Virus record (IMG/VR): IMGVR_UViG_3300031949_000021
Direction: 5' to 3' (one strand)
Length of the DNA stretch: 20,000 bases
Source: an uncultured virus (IMG/VR IMGVR_UViG_3300031949_000021)
Taxonomy: Duplodnaviria; Heunggongvirae; Uroviricota; Caudoviricetes
The notes under the pieces are model-generated. The model saw only the letters and a list, made by a program, of their open reading frames with translations. It did not search any database and had not been told where the DNA came from. Made by a program: the position numbers and the translations under genes. Of this stretch, positions 1-7,749 are shown piece by piece (the stretch's first letter is position 1; every line of letters starts with the position of its first letter).

Positions 1-1
1 A

Positions 2-880
2 AGATGTAGAAAGCTTAGACATAGAAAAGCAAGATTTTTAAATAGTGGCAGAAAAGGTTGGATACCCCCAACTATAAAGCAAAAGAAAGAATCAATATTG
101 AGAGTAATTGACGATTTAAAGAAGCGATTAAATATTACAGAAGGCACTATAGAACAAGGGCAGTTTGATACTTCTTCGATGAGTAGAGGGTATCAATTAA
201 TAGGAAAAGAATATCAATTATCAGAATATGTGGGAAATACTTGGAGACAAAAAGTTTTATGGCGAGATAAGTATATTTGTCAACATTGTGATAGTAAAGA
301 AGAATTACAAGCTCATCATATTATTTTAAAGTCTAAAGGTGGAACTAATAGAGTAAATAATGGAATTACCTTATGTAAAAAATGCCATAAAGAGTTACAT
401 GAAGAAAGATGGGAATTAAGTAGAAAACCAAGACATTTTAAGTATCCAACTCATTTACAGCAGGGAAAACAATATTTATTTAATGAGTTAAAAAAGAGAT
501 TTCAAAGTATAGATGTTTGCTATGGTTGGATGACGGCAAAAGCAAGGAAGGCATTGGGGTTAGAGAAAGAGCATTATCACGATGCTTCTGCAATGATTGG
601 GGCAAATAAATATTATTGTAAACTTTATATAATAAAACCAAAAAGGACTAAAATATGGGAAAACAACCCAACAAAGACTTGTAATGAAAAAAATGGTTTT
701 AGGCATATGGACATAGTTAAAGCAAAACACAGAACTAGAGGTACTGTTATTGGATCAATAAGGAGTTTGAAAGCTAAAGTAATAACATTAAGAACAAGTT
801 TTGACGATAACTTTTCTGTAAGTTATAACAAAACAAGATTATTATGGAGACCTAAAGGTTTAATTTATTGTAGAAGTTAA
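2..880 (+). CDS. iscB: IscB-like (IS200/IS605 OMEGA) RNA-guided endonuclease, 5'-truncated by the window edge (at least 292 aa visible)
   Basis: The frame is open from position 2, upstream of the TTG at 98: RCRKLRHRKARFLNSGRKGWIPPT (Arg-rich bridge helix plus the GWxPP motif of IscB). It continues with RuvC-II-like TIEQGQFD, an HNH with Zn ligands (CQHC...LQAHHII...GGTNRVNNGITLCKKCHKELH), RuvC-III-like TAKARKALGLEKEHYHDA, and C-terminal GFRHMDIVKA. RuvC-I, PLMP and omega RNA would lie upstream of the window. Confidence 0.88.
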   Translation, partial: RCRKLRHRKARFLNSGRKGWIPPTIKQKKESILRVIDDLKKRLNITEGTIEQGQFDTSSMSRGYQLIGKEYQLSEYVGNTWRQKVLWRDKYICQHCDSKEELQAHHIILKSKGGTNRVNNGITLCKKCHKELHEERWELSRKPRHFKYPTHLQQGKQYLFNELKKRFQSIDVCYGWMTAKARKALGLEKEHYHDASAMIGANKYYCKLYIIKPKRTKIWENNPTKTCNEKNGFRHMDIVKAKHRTRGTVIGSIRSLKAKVITLRTSFDDNFSVSYNKTRLLWRPKGLIYCRS

Positions 881-896
881 AAGGGAGGTGAAAAAT

Positions 897-1508
897 ATGG
901 CGATTTACAAAAGTGGTGTAGCTATTGAAGTAAGATATGCCCCACCAGATTTTCAAAGTGGTTTAAGTGATGTAAAGATGGAAGTATATGATGAGGCAGG
1001 TGTCGAAATTGCTGGTAGTCCTTTTTCTATGACAGAGATGGATGATGGTGCTGCAACACCAACACTATTAGGTGTTTATGAGGACACATCTAATTTTTTA
1101 CCTGATGCACAGGGATCTTGGACAGTTATTTGCTACTCTATTGCTAATGGTGGGAAAACAGCTAAGACTTACAAAATTGAAGCTCATGATATTGATGATC
1201 TTGGTACAGATTTGGATACAATTATAGCTGATACTAATGAATTACAGACAGATTGGGCAGATGGTGGTAGACTTGATCTTCTTATTGATGCAATTAAGGC
1301 TCAAACAGACTTGTTACCTTCTGATCCAGCAGATCAATCAGCAGTAGAAGCAGCAATAACGGCAGCTCATGCAACTACAGATGGTTTAATTACTACAGTT
1401 GATGGAGTTGTAGATGGTATTCAGACGGATTTAAGTAATGGAACAGATGGCTTGGGAGCAATTAAGGCTGCTGTTGACGCAATCGGTACTGGAGGAATAA
1501 TTCTCTAA
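897..1508 (+). CDS. Putative virion structural protein: N-terminal beta-rich domain plus acidic helical/coiled repeat region
   Basis: ATG at 897 is preceded by GGGAGGTG (883-890), so it is a better start than the GTG at 888. Very acidic, Ala/Asp/Thr-rich C-terminal half (DTNELQTDWADGGRLDLLIDAIKAQTD). Located just before the neck genes. Confidence 0.55.
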   Translation: MAIYKSGVAIEVRYAPPDFQSGLSDVKMEVYDEAGVEIAGSPFSMTEMDDGAATPTLLGVYEDTSNFLPDAQGSWTVICYSIANGGKTAKTYKIEAHDIDDLGTDLDTIIADTNELQTDWADGGRLDLLIDAIKAQTDLLPSDPADQSAVEAAITAAHATTDGLITTVDGVVDGIQTDLSNGTDGLGAIKAAVDAIGTGGIIL

Positions 1509-1532
1509 AATTAGAAAGAAGGAGGAGAATAA

Positions 1533-1937
1533 GTGAATGTTTTAACACCAACAGCAGATTATCAAATTTTATATCGAGATATCAACTATCAAGAGGGTCT
1601 TTCATTAAATGCCTATCTTTATTCTCCTCCAACTTTTACTAAAAGTGGGCCTCTTCCTTTAACTGAAATAGCCGATGGCTATTATTATTTAGAGGTAGAC
1701 CTATCAACTGAAGGAACATATATTGTTAAAATAGAAAATGCTTCTGAAGTTTATAGGATTGTTAATATGGCAAAAGAAACTTCAATTCAAAATATAGAAG
1801 ATTTAATGAAAGCTACAGTAGTTTTTAATAAGACTACTAACAAGCTAAGTTTTTATAAAGATGCTGCAAGAACTCAATTAATTGTGGAATTTGTTGTTTC
1901 AGATACAGTTTCAGAAACTTCAAAGACTAAGTTATAA
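1533..1937 (+). CDS. Hypothetical virion protein, apparent paralog of the N-terminal domain of the 897 ORF
   Basis: GTG start after AAGGAGGAG. Shares the pattern Y....(F/Y)Q.GLS...Y...P..(M/L)TE...G.Y...G.(W/Y).V with the preceding ORF. Confidence 0.55.
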   Translation: MNVLTPTADYQILYRDINYQEGLSLNAYLYSPPTFTKSGPLPLTEIADGYYYLEVDLSTEGTYIVKIENASEVYRIVNMAKETSIQNIEDLMKATVVFNKTTNKLSFYKDAARTQLIVEFVVSDTVSETSKTKL

Positions 1938-1964
1938 AACCTATTTTTGGGACAGTGATTTAAA

Positions 1965-2213
1965 ATGGTAGAACCAATCAAAAGAAGCGACGATATTTTA
2001 GATGATATAAAAAGAAGTGATACTCTAGGTGATGCTGGTTTTACTGTAACTGATGCTTTACCTTTAGTAACAGATGGGTTTGTGACTAAGGATGGTTGGA
2101 GAGCAAAAACATATCTAACACATGGTCTATGGCCTTTTCTTAAGACAATACTGGATTACTTATTAAAAAGATATGATGAAATAATAGACATTATAAAAAG
2201 ACATACACCATAA
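1965..2213 (+). CDS. Small hypothetical protein (82 aa)
   Basis: Fills the gap in the operon on the same strand. Has a KRxDxIxDxIKR motif at both ends. Confidence 0.55.
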   Translation: MVEPIKRSDDILDDIKRSDTLGDAGFTVTDALPLVTDGFVTKDGWRAKTYLTHGLWPFLKTILDYLLKRYDEIIDIIKRHTP

Positions 2214-2279
2214 GTATTCTGCAAAACTATTATTGGGTATAATGAAGAAGTTTATGCTGATTAAAATAAGGAGAAACTA

Positions 2280-2996
2280 ATGGCAGAATTTTATCTTAAA
2301 AATTTAGCCCCCTATCTTGCAAGATCTGTAAAGGACTTGGGAAAAATGGTCCGTGATGATAATTGTGGGGTGGGTAATGGCAGCAAAACCACTTTTAGAA
2401 CAAACCACTTTCCAGTTAAAATTAATTCCTTAACTGCTTATGTTGATGGAGTTGAAGTAGATGTTGATGAATATGATTACACATATGGCACATTTACTTT
2501 AGTTAGCACGCCAACAGCAGGACAATTAGTTACAGCAAATTATGTGTATTATAGTTGGCCTGATGGTCTATTACAGGATTATATAGCAGATGCAGTTATT
2601 CGTGTAGAAGCAATAGTATATAACCAGGGATATGTAGTACAACGAGACCCAACTACAGATGATGCCTATTTGGAATCAGAACCAGATCAAGCAACAAAAA
2701 TGTTATATGTAATACAAGCTACAATAGATTTTGCTAACTCCGATATTGGTGGAGATAGTTTAATCAGCACTAGAAATTTTAAAGACGATGAAGTAGAACA
2801 ATCTTATACAAGAAGTGCTCAATTAACAAGAGACTACTTGAATAATTTATATAAAGAAAGAGATCGACTAGCCGAAGCCCTTATTTCTGATGATTCAGAT
2901 TATGGATATTATATAGAGAGCACGCTCAATACTAACGAAGCCAGGATGAGATATCTGGATTCTATAGCTGTTGGGGCGTATGAAGAAATTGGATAA
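2280..2996 (+). CDS. Head-to-tail adaptor-like protein with an inserted beta-sandwich domain
   Basis: SD AAGGAG. The segment GNGSKTTF...YVDG...GTFTLVSTPTAGQLVTANY is a small phage beta-domain, followed by helical DGLLQDYIADA... typical of adaptors. It is the first gene of the neck block. Confidence 0.6.
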   Translation: MAEFYLKNLAPYLARSVKDLGKMVRDDNCGVGNGSKTTFRTNHFPVKINSLTAYVDGVEVDVDEYDYTYGTFTLVSTPTAGQLVTANYVYYSWPDGLLQDYIADAVIRVEAIVYNQGYVVQRDPTTDDAYLESEPDQATKMLYVIQATIDFANSDIGGDSLISTRNFKDDEVEQSYTRSAQLTRDYLNNLYKERDRLAEALISDDSDYGYYIESTLNTNEARMRYLDSIAVGAYEEIG

Positions 2997-3007
2997 GAGG
3001 AGATAAA

Positions 3008-3463
3008 TTGGCTAATTGGTACTCTTCTGACGAAATAAAAGAGCAAATAAATGAAATTAGAGACTTAACAGGAGACTCTAATAGAGTATATTTAATTACA
3101 ATTACAGAAGCAGATTGCCCATCTTGTGAGTATAATGAAGTTACTCACGAATCTAAAGATAGTAGTTGTGTAACCTGCGGAGGTAGTGGTAAATTACCAA
3201 CGGAATCATCTGTATCCTTATTAGCTAAAATAAGATGGGTAAATGAAATAGAGGCCAATTTAATGAAAATAGGTTATTTACCAAGAGGAGGAGTAACTAT
3301 CACTATAGATAATACTTATGAATCAAATATAGATAATCTTACTCCAATAGATAGAGTAGAGGTAGATGGAATAGAGATAAGAATAAAAGGAAAAAAACCG
3401 AAAGGGTATAAGAAAGTAAACCGAACAGTATTTTATGCTGAGCCAATATCATTAAGCACATAA
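3008..3463 (+). CDS. Head closure/stopper-like neck protein with a Zn-binding insertion
   Basis: TTG start after AGAGGAG. CPSC...CVTCGGSG motif and a beta-rich C-terminus (DRVEVDGIEIRI). Follows the adaptor. Confidence 0.55.
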   Translation: MANWYSSDEIKEQINEIRDLTGDSNRVYLITITEADCPSCEYNEVTHESKDSSCVTCGGSGKLPTESSVSLLAKIRWVNEIEANLMKIGYLPRGGVTITIDNTYESNIDNLTPIDRVEVDGIEIRIKGKKPKGYKKVNRTVFYAEPISLST

Positions 3464-3470
3464 GAAAGGG

Positions 3471-3827
3471 ATGAGGATAATGGAAGAAATAAGGGAACTA
3501 GAGGTCTTAAAGAACAGATTAATTCGTGAATACTTAAAAGAGATCGTGGGAGATAAGGATGATAAGCAGTTTATTCCTTTAATAGAAGATGAAGAAGTAG
3601 CTAGAAAAGTAAGAAAACTTTTTCTAGATACTATAAATACTTTGTATAAAAATGCACTAATTTATATTGCAGCGCAAAAAGGAGTTATTATTCAAAGTTT
3701 AGAGACATTAGCAAAACAAGATTTACCAGAAGATTTTAGTTTAGAGGGTTTAATAGAAAGAACAGAAAAGAAAGTAGCGGAGAGAAAAGTACAAGCTAGA
3801 CGAGCAGATGGAAAAAATGAGGACTAA
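3471..3827 (+). CDS. Hypothetical protein (charged, predicted helical)
   Basis: ORF packed between neck genes; no motif recognised. Confidence 0.6.
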   Translation: MRIMEEIRELEVLKNRLIREYLKEIVGDKDDKQFIPLIEDEEVARKVRKLFLDTINTLYKNALIYIAAQKGVIIQSLETLAKQDLPEDFSLEGLIERTEKKVAERKVQARRADGKNED

Positions 3828-3831
3828 ATAA

Positions 3832-4407
3832 ATGTTAACAGCAAGTTGTAATTACTCAGCCGTATTAGCTGGGGCCAAAAAGCTACAAATGAAGGTTAAA
3901 TTAGGAACTAAAGCAGCTTTTACTAATTTAGTTATTAGTGGAACAGATGAGACTATAAATAACCTATTAAAGTCATATAAGACTACTCCAGGAAGATCTG
4001 ATTTTGCTAGAACAGGTATTTTGGAAAGGGCTATATTTACAGCAATAAATACAGGAACAGCTATTCCTGGTGGTTGGTTAGCTGGAATAGGGGATATGAA
4101 ACAATTATATTCTATGGCCCCTTATTGGAATATGGTAGAAGAGGGGTCAAGCGAATATGTTGGGGAAGAGAGAGAAGGCTTTTGGGCAGATTCTAGTGGA
4201 TCACCATATTCTATTCATGGTGCTTTTGGAAGATCTGGAGCACCAGACTCTTCTTATTATCCACAGCATAAATGGGTAGATGCTCCTGGTTTTATTATGG
4301 AGATTACAAAACCAATTCAAGAGCACAAATTTTATGCAAATACAGCAGATGGTATGAGGAAAATATTTTTATCTTATGTTTCAGGATTTGTTAAAGGAGC
4401 AATTTAA
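3832..4407 (+). CDS. Neck/tail-completion protein, HK97 gp10-like
   Basis: RTGILERAI and APYWNMVEEGS resemble the gp10-family RTGxL and Y..xVExGT motifs. Sits between the stopper and the terminator. Confidence 0.6.
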   Translation: MLTASCNYSAVLAGAKKLQMKVKLGTKAAFTNLVISGTDETINNLLKSYKTTPGRSDFARTGILERAIFTAINTGTAIPGGWLAGIGDMKQLYSMAPYWNMVEEGSSEYVGEEREGFWADSSGSPYSIHGAFGRSGAPDSSYYPQHKWVDAPGFIMEITKPIQEHKFYANTADGMRKIFLSYVSGFVKGAI

Positions 4408-4880
4408 TGGGTGCAAACAAGCAAGGAAATACAACACTAACAATTTTAAATCTACACTATTATCTTACTGAAGAACTAATAGATCAGGGGTATGGTTTTG
4501 TAAATATATTTGAGGCTTATCCAGATACAACAGATAATGACTTTGTATCTCAATTACCTGCTGTATCTATAGGGAGTTTTGGTAATGCTGAAGGAAATGT
4601 ATTTGAATTAGGAAATCCACAAGAAGAATATGATAGACCTATTATGGTTGATATATTTACAAAACCAAGAAAAGATATGCAGTGTAATGATTTAAAAGAT
4701 ATAATTAAAAATTTATTTAAGAAAGATAGGCTATTTGATTTTTTAGATTTTAATGCTGCTACACCATATCCAACAGTAAGTAAATTAGCAATAAGGGATA
4801 CAAGGGATACTGTTTTAGCAACAGCCCCAGAAATTTATTGTCAGGCAATCGTGGCGTTTAAAGCAGAATTGGTGGAATGA
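4407..4880 (+). CDS. Tail terminator-like protein
   Basis: 157 aa, TAATG coupling with the previous gene. LPAVSI...ELG...IMVDIF...DLKDII pattern. Last structural gene before the major tail gene. Confidence 0.6.
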   Translation: MGANKQGNTTLTILNLHYYLTEELIDQGYGFVNIFEAYPDTTDNDFVSQLPAVSIGSFGNAEGNVFELGNPQEEYDRPIMVDIFTKPRKDMQCNDLKDIIKNLFKKDRLFDFLDFNAATPYPTVSKLAIRDTRDTVLATAPEIYCQAIVAFKAELVE

Positions 4881-4907
4881 ATATAATTCCTCAAAAGAGG
4901 ATTATAT
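4881..4907 (+). promoter_or_regulatory. Hairpin covering the GAGGA Shine-Dalgarno upstream of the LAGLIDADG gene
   Basis: ATATAAT-T-CCTC-AAAA-GAGG-ATTATAT forms an 11-bp stem with one bulge and a 4-nt loop. ATG follows at 4915. Confidence 0.5.
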
Positions 4908-4914
4908 AAAAACA

Positions 4915-5694
4915 ATGAAAAGGAGTGAAAACTTAGTGCGGAATGATTTAACTAAGGAAGTTATTTGTAAAAAATATGTGGAAGAAAAGAAGTCTATTAA
5001 TAAGATTAGTGAAGAACTAAGGTCATCTCATACCACAATAGCTAATAGGTTAAAGACTTATGGGCTAGAAATAAGAGATTATCATAGATTTAACGAATTT
5101 GATAAAGAATTTTTTGCACAAAATTATGTAAAAAATGAAAAATCTTCAAAAGAAATTGCAAAAGAGGTTGGAGTATCTCAAGGAGCTATTTTAAATCGGC
5201 TTAGAAAACATAATATAGATATTAGAAAAAGAGAATCTAAGGATATCAAATTAACCGAAACACAAAAAGCATATATAGCTGGTGTAATAGATGGAGAAGG
5301 TTGTATTTGTTTATATAAAAGTAATTCTAGGCATATATTATGTGTATCCTTTACATCAACAGATAAAAGATTGATAGCCTATTTATCTAAATTGCTAGAT
5401 TGGAATTTTGCTTATACAAAGCCTAAAAATAGGATATGGAAAACTTCTTATAGATTACAGGCAATGGATTCAAGATCAGAAAGAGCTTTAAAAGATATAC
5501 TACCTTATTTAATTATTAAAAGAGAACAGGCAGAATTAGCTTTAAGATTTAGGGAGACTTATAAGATTAAATATCCTAAAAGAAAAGGGATACCTAAAAA
5601 TATTTGGGATTTAAGAGAATCCCAAGAAAAACAGATGCATATTCTTAATAAAAAAGGTGCATCAAATAAACCTATTGAAAAGGAGGTTATTTAG
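4915..5694 (+). CDS. Free-standing single-motif LAGLIDADG homing endonuclease with two N-terminal HTH repeats
   Basis: AYIAGVIDGEGCI motif and ILPYLIIKREQAELALRF C-terminal signature. Two HTH-like repeats (KYVEEKKSINKISEEL...IANRL and NYVKNEKSSKEIAKEVGVSQGAILNRL). An alternative start is GTG 4936 after AAGGAG. Confidence 0.85.
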   Translation: MKRSENLVRNDLTKEVICKKYVEEKKSINKISEELRSSHTTIANRLKTYGLEIRDYHRFNEFDKEFFAQNYVKNEKSSKEIAKEVGVSQGAILNRLRKHNIDIRKRESKDIKLTETQKAYIAGVIDGEGCICLYKSNSRHILCVSFTSTDKRLIAYLSKLLDWNFAYTKPKNRIWKTSYRLQAMDSRSERALKDILPYLIIKREQAELALRFRETYKIKYPKRKGIPKNIWDLRESQEKQMHILNKKGASNKPIEKEVI

Positions 5695-5696
5695 TT

Positions 5697-6947
5697 ATGA
5701 GTGATTACTCGGACATCCTCGCTCTTCAGAGCGAAAAAATCTTAGTATTAAGTCAAGGTATTGTATGTGATAGGATGCAGTCATTAGGCTGTAATGGAGA
5801 TATACCTTTTGAGGAAATTAAGGAATTAGGAAACCCTGCTATAGTAGCAGTGGTTAAGGATATACCAAATGTTACCATTGATACAGAAGCTTTTGATGTG
5901 AATTGTGAGTTAATTTCTTTACTACAAGGAGAAGACCCTCATGCAGCTACACCAGTTACTCAGTTTGATATTTTAGCAAGCAATTTTAGAAAAGTCAACT
6001 TCTTATTTCCAGTAAAAGAAGAAACTTCAACTACAGTGTTGAAGACTTGTGGTGTTGGTGCAGCTCAGGTAACAAGTATTAACTATAAGTATGCAGTAGA
6101 TGGTAATGCAACAGAGAGTATGAGCTTTTCTGCTGATAATAAGTTTTGGGCAGATAACTCAGCAGCTTATGAAGGTTTTATTCAAAGTGCTACTCCAGTA
6201 GATACTTTTGATTTAGACGAAGCTACTTATGGGGGTACTATTGAGTGGGCTACTAATAAGCGAACTTTTAGTGTTAGTGTAAGTGGTGTAAGAAAGAAAG
6301 AGGGTACTGAAGTACAAGTATTAGCTGGAACAGCAGATTTTTGGATTAGTCCTGGAACTGGTGCTGGAGGTGCTGACCAACTAATATTTGGTGCTAATCC
6401 TGCCGTAAGTGCATATATTGATATTATTTATCCTTGTGTAACTACTTTAGTATTTGGGTCAGGAGCACATGAAGGTGGATCAGTATATCCAGGAGCGATT
6501 CGTGGAAAGAATATCAGGTTGGAAATTAGTGCTGCACAAATGTATAGAGTACAGGGAGTAAATGTCAGTATTGAATTTCCAAATGAGCAAATTAAAGAAC
6601 TTGGGAATACAATGTCTCCAGGAACAATTATTGATATTCCTAATGTAACAGGAGATATATCTGTACTAGATAGAGAAGGAGATTTCTTCGCAAAATTGTG
6701 TAATGTAGCTGATTTAGCAACAGCGAAAGGATTAAGTATTGAGGATTTTTCAGATACTATTCCACTAGAAATTAAGGTAATGGACCCAGATGATGACGTA
6801 ACAGTTTTGAAGACAATCTATTTACCAAAGATTAGTATTACATCTGAAGGACATTCTTCTAAAGTAGGGGATAAGCTAACACAAACGTTTAATTTCAAAT
6901 TGACTGCGGGAGAAGTTGCACAAATATTCCGTGGAGAAAGACCATAA
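5697..6947 (+). CDS. Major tail (tube) protein with an internal tandem duplication
   Basis: Strong SD AAGGAGGT. Lies between the terminator and the chaperone/tape measure genes. Repeated R.Q...P.E.IKELGN.......DIPNVT.D and TVLKT motifs. Confidence 0.8.
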   Translation: MSDYSDILALQSEKILVLSQGIVCDRMQSLGCNGDIPFEEIKELGNPAIVAVVKDIPNVTIDTEAFDVNCELISLLQGEDPHAATPVTQFDILASNFRKVNFLFPVKEETSTTVLKTCGVGAAQVTSINYKYAVDGNATESMSFSADNKFWADNSAAYEGFIQSATPVDTFDLDEATYGGTIEWATNKRTFSVSVSGVRKKEGTEVQVLAGTADFWISPGTGAGGADQLIFGANPAVSAYIDIIYPCVTTLVFGSGAHEGGSVYPGAIRGKNIRLEISAAQMYRVQGVNVSIEFPNEQIKELGNTMSPGTIIDIPNVTGDISVLDREGDFFAKLCNVADLATAKGLSIEDFSDTIPLEIKVMDPDDDVTVLKTIYLPKISITSEGHSSKVGDKLTQTFNFKLTAGEVAQIFRGERP

Positions 6948-7028
6948 AGTTTAACTTTAGGTTTATAGTTTTGTTTCTTAGCATTTGGGTATCTGAATTA
7001 AAGGAGGATTTTTACGGGAGATGAAAAA

Positions 7029-7648
7029 GTGAGATTATGTAAGTGTGGCTGTAAAAAGTCTACCACTAGGGAAGAAAACAATTTTATTCAAGGACATAAC
7101 CTAAAGAATAGGATTGTTGCAGTGGAAACCAAAAGAAAAATATCTGAGGCACTAAAAGGTATAAATAACCCTAATTATGGCAAGCATTTTTCCGAAGTAA
7201 CTAGAAAAAAGATGTCTAAAGCACGTAAAGGAAAAAAGAATTCTTTTTACGGCAAGCAGCATTCGGCAAAGACAAGGGAAAAGATGCATAAAGAGCACAA
7301 AAAAGGACAGATTGCCTGGAATAAGAATTTAACAAAAGAAACAGATGATCGTGTGGCGGGGATAGCCAAAAAATATCAAAGGCAGCAAGAGGAGAAAATA
7401 ATTCTTCTTGGAAAGGTGGCATATCATTTGAACCATATTCTTTGGAATTTAATAATGAGTTGAAGGAAAAAATTCGAAAAAGAGATAAGTATACATGCCA
7501 AAAATGTGGTATTAAAGAACCGTTAAATAATTATTTTAAAGTTTTAGATATTCACCATAAGGATCACAATAAGAAAAATAACAGCACTCAAAATTTAATC
7601 TCACTGTGTAGAAGTTGCAATGTAAAAGAGAATAAGAAGATAGTATAG
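7029..7648 (+). pseudogene. NUMOD3-repeat/HNH homing endonuclease split by a 1-nt frameshift at A6 (7368-7373)
   Basis: The 5' part has CKCGC and NUMOD3-like repeats (ETKRKISEALKG, NPNYGKHFSEVTRKKMS, NSFYGKQHSAKTREKM). The -1 frame reads KISKAARGENNSSWKGGISFEPYSLEFNNELKEKIRKRDKYTCQKCG...IHHKDHNKKNN...NLISLCRSC. One extra A gives a single 206-aa ORF. Confidence 0.8.
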
Positions 7649-7656
7649 TATTTAGA

Positions 7657-7749
7657 GCTTGGGAATAGATTTAGGGGGTATGGTCGATATAGTCGGCCCC
7701 CCTCTTAATCCCCAAGTAAACCAGGAGAGGCAAAAACCTGGGATTAAGA
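7657..7749 (+). promoter_or_regulatory. GC-rich structured intergenic element with two mutually exclusive hairpins (candidate cis-regulatory RNA)
   Basis: Stem A pairs CTTGGG/CCCAAG, GATT/AATC, AGGGG/CCCCT and GGTCGA/TCGGCC (7657-7717). Stem B pairs TCTTAATCCC (7703-7712) with GGGATTAAGA (7740-7749), with inner CCAGG/CCTGG. Confidence 0.55.

Noticed and set aside
98..100. TTG at 98 as the start of the first ORF
   Set aside because: The frame is open to the window edge and encodes conserved IscB motifs upstream of 98.
2215..2243. Sigma70-type promoter at TATAAT 2238-2243
   Set aside because: No -35 hexamer at 16-18 nt spacing and no correctly placed extended -10 TG.
5697..6947. Tail sheath or contractile injection system
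   Set aside because: No sheath or baseplate wedge motifs were recognised. The duplicated tube, long tape measure and Dit/hub order fit a non-contractile tail.
6945..6979. Intrinsic terminator after the major tail gene (TAAAGTT-T-AACTTTA plus T-rich tract)
   Set aside because: The stem is nearly all A-T and overlaps the stop codon, too weak to call.
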